Origin: Eledone cirrhosa
Taxonomy: Eukaryota
Direction: 5' to 3'
NCBI GenBank assembly: GCA_964016885.1
Contig: OZ024743.1
Span: 69,874,001 to 69,938,000, forward strand
Length of the DNA: 64,000 bases
Both the position numbers and the translations under genes were made by a program. Under the pieces are notes generated by a model, which saw only the letters and a program-made list of their open reading frames with translations, had not been told where the DNA came from and made no database searches. Of the stretch, positions 61,128 through 64,000 are shown one piece after another (within the stretch, counting starts at the first letter, position 1; the number at the start of each line of letters is the position of its first letter).

Positions 61128-61958
61128 ACTCAAGAGTCACTCGACATACATACATACAGACAGGCAGACACACACACTGACATACACATACACACATACC
61201 TACATACATACATTCAAACATACATACATACACACACACAATTTCATACACACACACATACATACAAACATACACACATACACACACTCATACACACACT
61301 CATACAATCAGACATTCATACACAGACCCACTTACATGCACACATACACACTTACATACACACATACACACATACACTCTTACATACACACATACTCACT
61401 TACATACACACATACTCACTTACATACACACATACTCACTTACATACACACATACACACTTACATGCATACATACGCACTTGCATACACAAATACACACT
61501 TACATACACACATACAATGAGACATTTCTACACTTAGACATCGAAAGAGAATGTGACGAAAATAGGAATAATCTATATTTCAAAGGTATGTTAAACACAT
61601 TTATCATAAAACAGTAATTACTTCTACCTGTTAACGTTTACAGATTCCATTGGTAATCAACTAATGGAACTGATGTCTCATATTAATTTCTAACTAGTTT
61701 CAGATTTTATTTAGATATAAAATTGCCTTTTATTTTGTATTATTTTTAATATGTATATAAATATATATAATATAATTTGTTTATATTATATACTATTTAT
61801 ATATATATAAATATATATAAATATATGTAAATATAGTGTATAATATAATATATAATATAAACTAATATATTATACTAAAATATTATAATATAATTAATAA
61901 TAGATATTATGACATTTTATATAGTACATATGTAATATATAAAATAATCTATCTATCA

Positions 61959-62036
<78 letters not shown>

Positions 62037-62197
62037 TGTGTGTGTGTGTATATATATTATTTTATATATTATATTAAATGTTATATAAAATGTCATAATA
62101 TCATAAATATTTATTGTATAATATTTGATCATAAATTCTCTCCCGCTCTCTCTTTCTATCTCTTTCTCCATATATATATACATATTCTCTCACTCTC

Positions 62198-62271
<74 letters not shown>

Positions 62272-62470
62272 TATTACAGGTGAGATGTAATTAGTTAAGA
62301 CCAACAGACCATTATTCAACCTAATAACTTGGTATTTAAGAAAGGAAGAGTATCTATAATATTATAAGAATTCTCTCCTCTGCAGTTAAGTTTATATAAT
62401 GTTCCTTGTTATTGAAAGTGTTTTTGAAAGCGTAGGACTAATGCAATAAAACACACATACACACACACAC

Positions 62471-62550
<80 letters not shown>

Positions 62551-62719
62551 TTGTGTGTCTGTGTCTGTGTATGTGTATGTGTGTGTATGTGTGTGAGAGA
62601 AAGAGAGAGTGTCCCTGGTTCAATCGAGGGAAACACAGTAATTAAGGTACTCAGTACATTAGTAGAGTGTATACAACTTATGCTGTAGAGGCTAATTCTA
62701 TATTGAATTTATTATATAT

Positions 62720-62908
<189 letters not shown>

Positions 62909-63052
62909 TATTGAAAGTCAGAGGAATGAAGAGTGCTCTATGTAAGTTACAGAGCTAAATATTTAATGTATTATAAACAATACAGTATAAATATACCAAA
63001 ATACGAATTTACTCGTAAATTGTAAAAATGATAAGGTTTTCGAAATAGAGGT

Positions 63053-63090
<38 letters not shown>

Positions 63091-63129
63091 GGGGGGGGGC
63101 GTGAAAGAGACACAGTGGAAGACTCTACC

Positions 63130-63265
63130 TTCAGTACTTGACTGATAATCTTTTTGTCGTCTTCGGAAGGATGAAAAACGAAGTTGATACCGGCGTGAAT
63201 TGAACTGGAAGAATGTAGAGTTCGGAAACGAATAACGTAAAGCTTTCTTCCAACGTTCTTATCAC
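63130..63265 (-). mobile_element. Diverged tRNA-SINE fragment
   Basis: Reverse complement contains AGTTCAATTCACGCCGGTATCAACTTCG...TTTCATCCTTCCGAAG, similar to the 60400 core. Confidence 0.5.
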
Positions 63266-63885
63266 CTGGAACATATATTATTGAGCCCTTTATGCTGAAG
63301 CTATAACAGCCAGTGTCAATTGAATACATTTTTAAATAATAGACCAAATTATACAATTGCCAGAAACCTCGATATCTAGGGAGCCTCTAAATGGGTGATC
63401 ATTGCTAGAAAAAGTACCAATATTTCCTTCAAATCTTACCTTAACCTTTTACAAACCTTTTCAAGCAATGGAGCGAATTATTCAATCGCCAGTAACCAAG
63501 ATATCCAGGAAGTTTCTAAGAGAACAATCAGTTGGTATTGCTACAAAACGTACCAATATTTCTTTCAAACCTTACCTTATTGTTTTACACACTCATATAA
63601 AATATAATACACAGTGGACAATAATATAGGAATGCCTTTAAGTATAGGTCAACACAGTCAGGGATGATTGAGACTAAAAGAAGAAACAAAAACTAAACAG
63701 AAACCAATTTAATATAATAAACACAACAGACACATCACCCATAAAAAAATGAAGCAAGCTACACATAAATTGTATTATATGAAAACTGTCTATGAAATAG
63801 ATAAATATATTATCAAAAATCTCATTAAACAGAACAGAATATATATTACACACAACCGTAAAATGGCATTGAAGTTGTATATATA

Positions 63886-63971
<86 letters not shown>

Positions 63972-64000
63972 CACACACACATGCACACACATACACACAC

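Overview
This is eukaryotic non-genic DNA, extremely rich in microsatellites and minisatellites. The repeat landscape suggests an invertebrate, plausibly a cephalopod, but that is inference. I can support no host protein-coding gene; almost all listed ORFs are translations of simple repeats. Bases 1-22 kb are a run of co-oriented, A/C-rich tandem arrays with 45, 34/35, 69/63, 31 and 41 bp units. Bases 22-64 kb are (TA)n/(CA)n/(TACA)n tracts separating retroelement pieces: a 5'-truncated Naiad-type Penelope-like element (RT plus GIY-YIG) between ~614-bp inverted pLTRs, a decayed near-full-length R4/Dong-clade RLE retrotransposon, RTE fragments with C-terminal C2H2 fingers, two RTE-derived bipartite non-autonomous families, tRNA-derived SINEs and a tiny Tc1/mariner-type MITE. 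The most striking hidden signal is a dense, diverse set of type I hammerhead ribozyme motifs: about 13 intact or decayed motifs from roughly 8 sequence-distinct families, sitting in short islands between microsatellites. These include a well-formed U3-A8 core variant in both pLTR copies. All RNA folds were done by eye and coordinates are approximate to a few bases.
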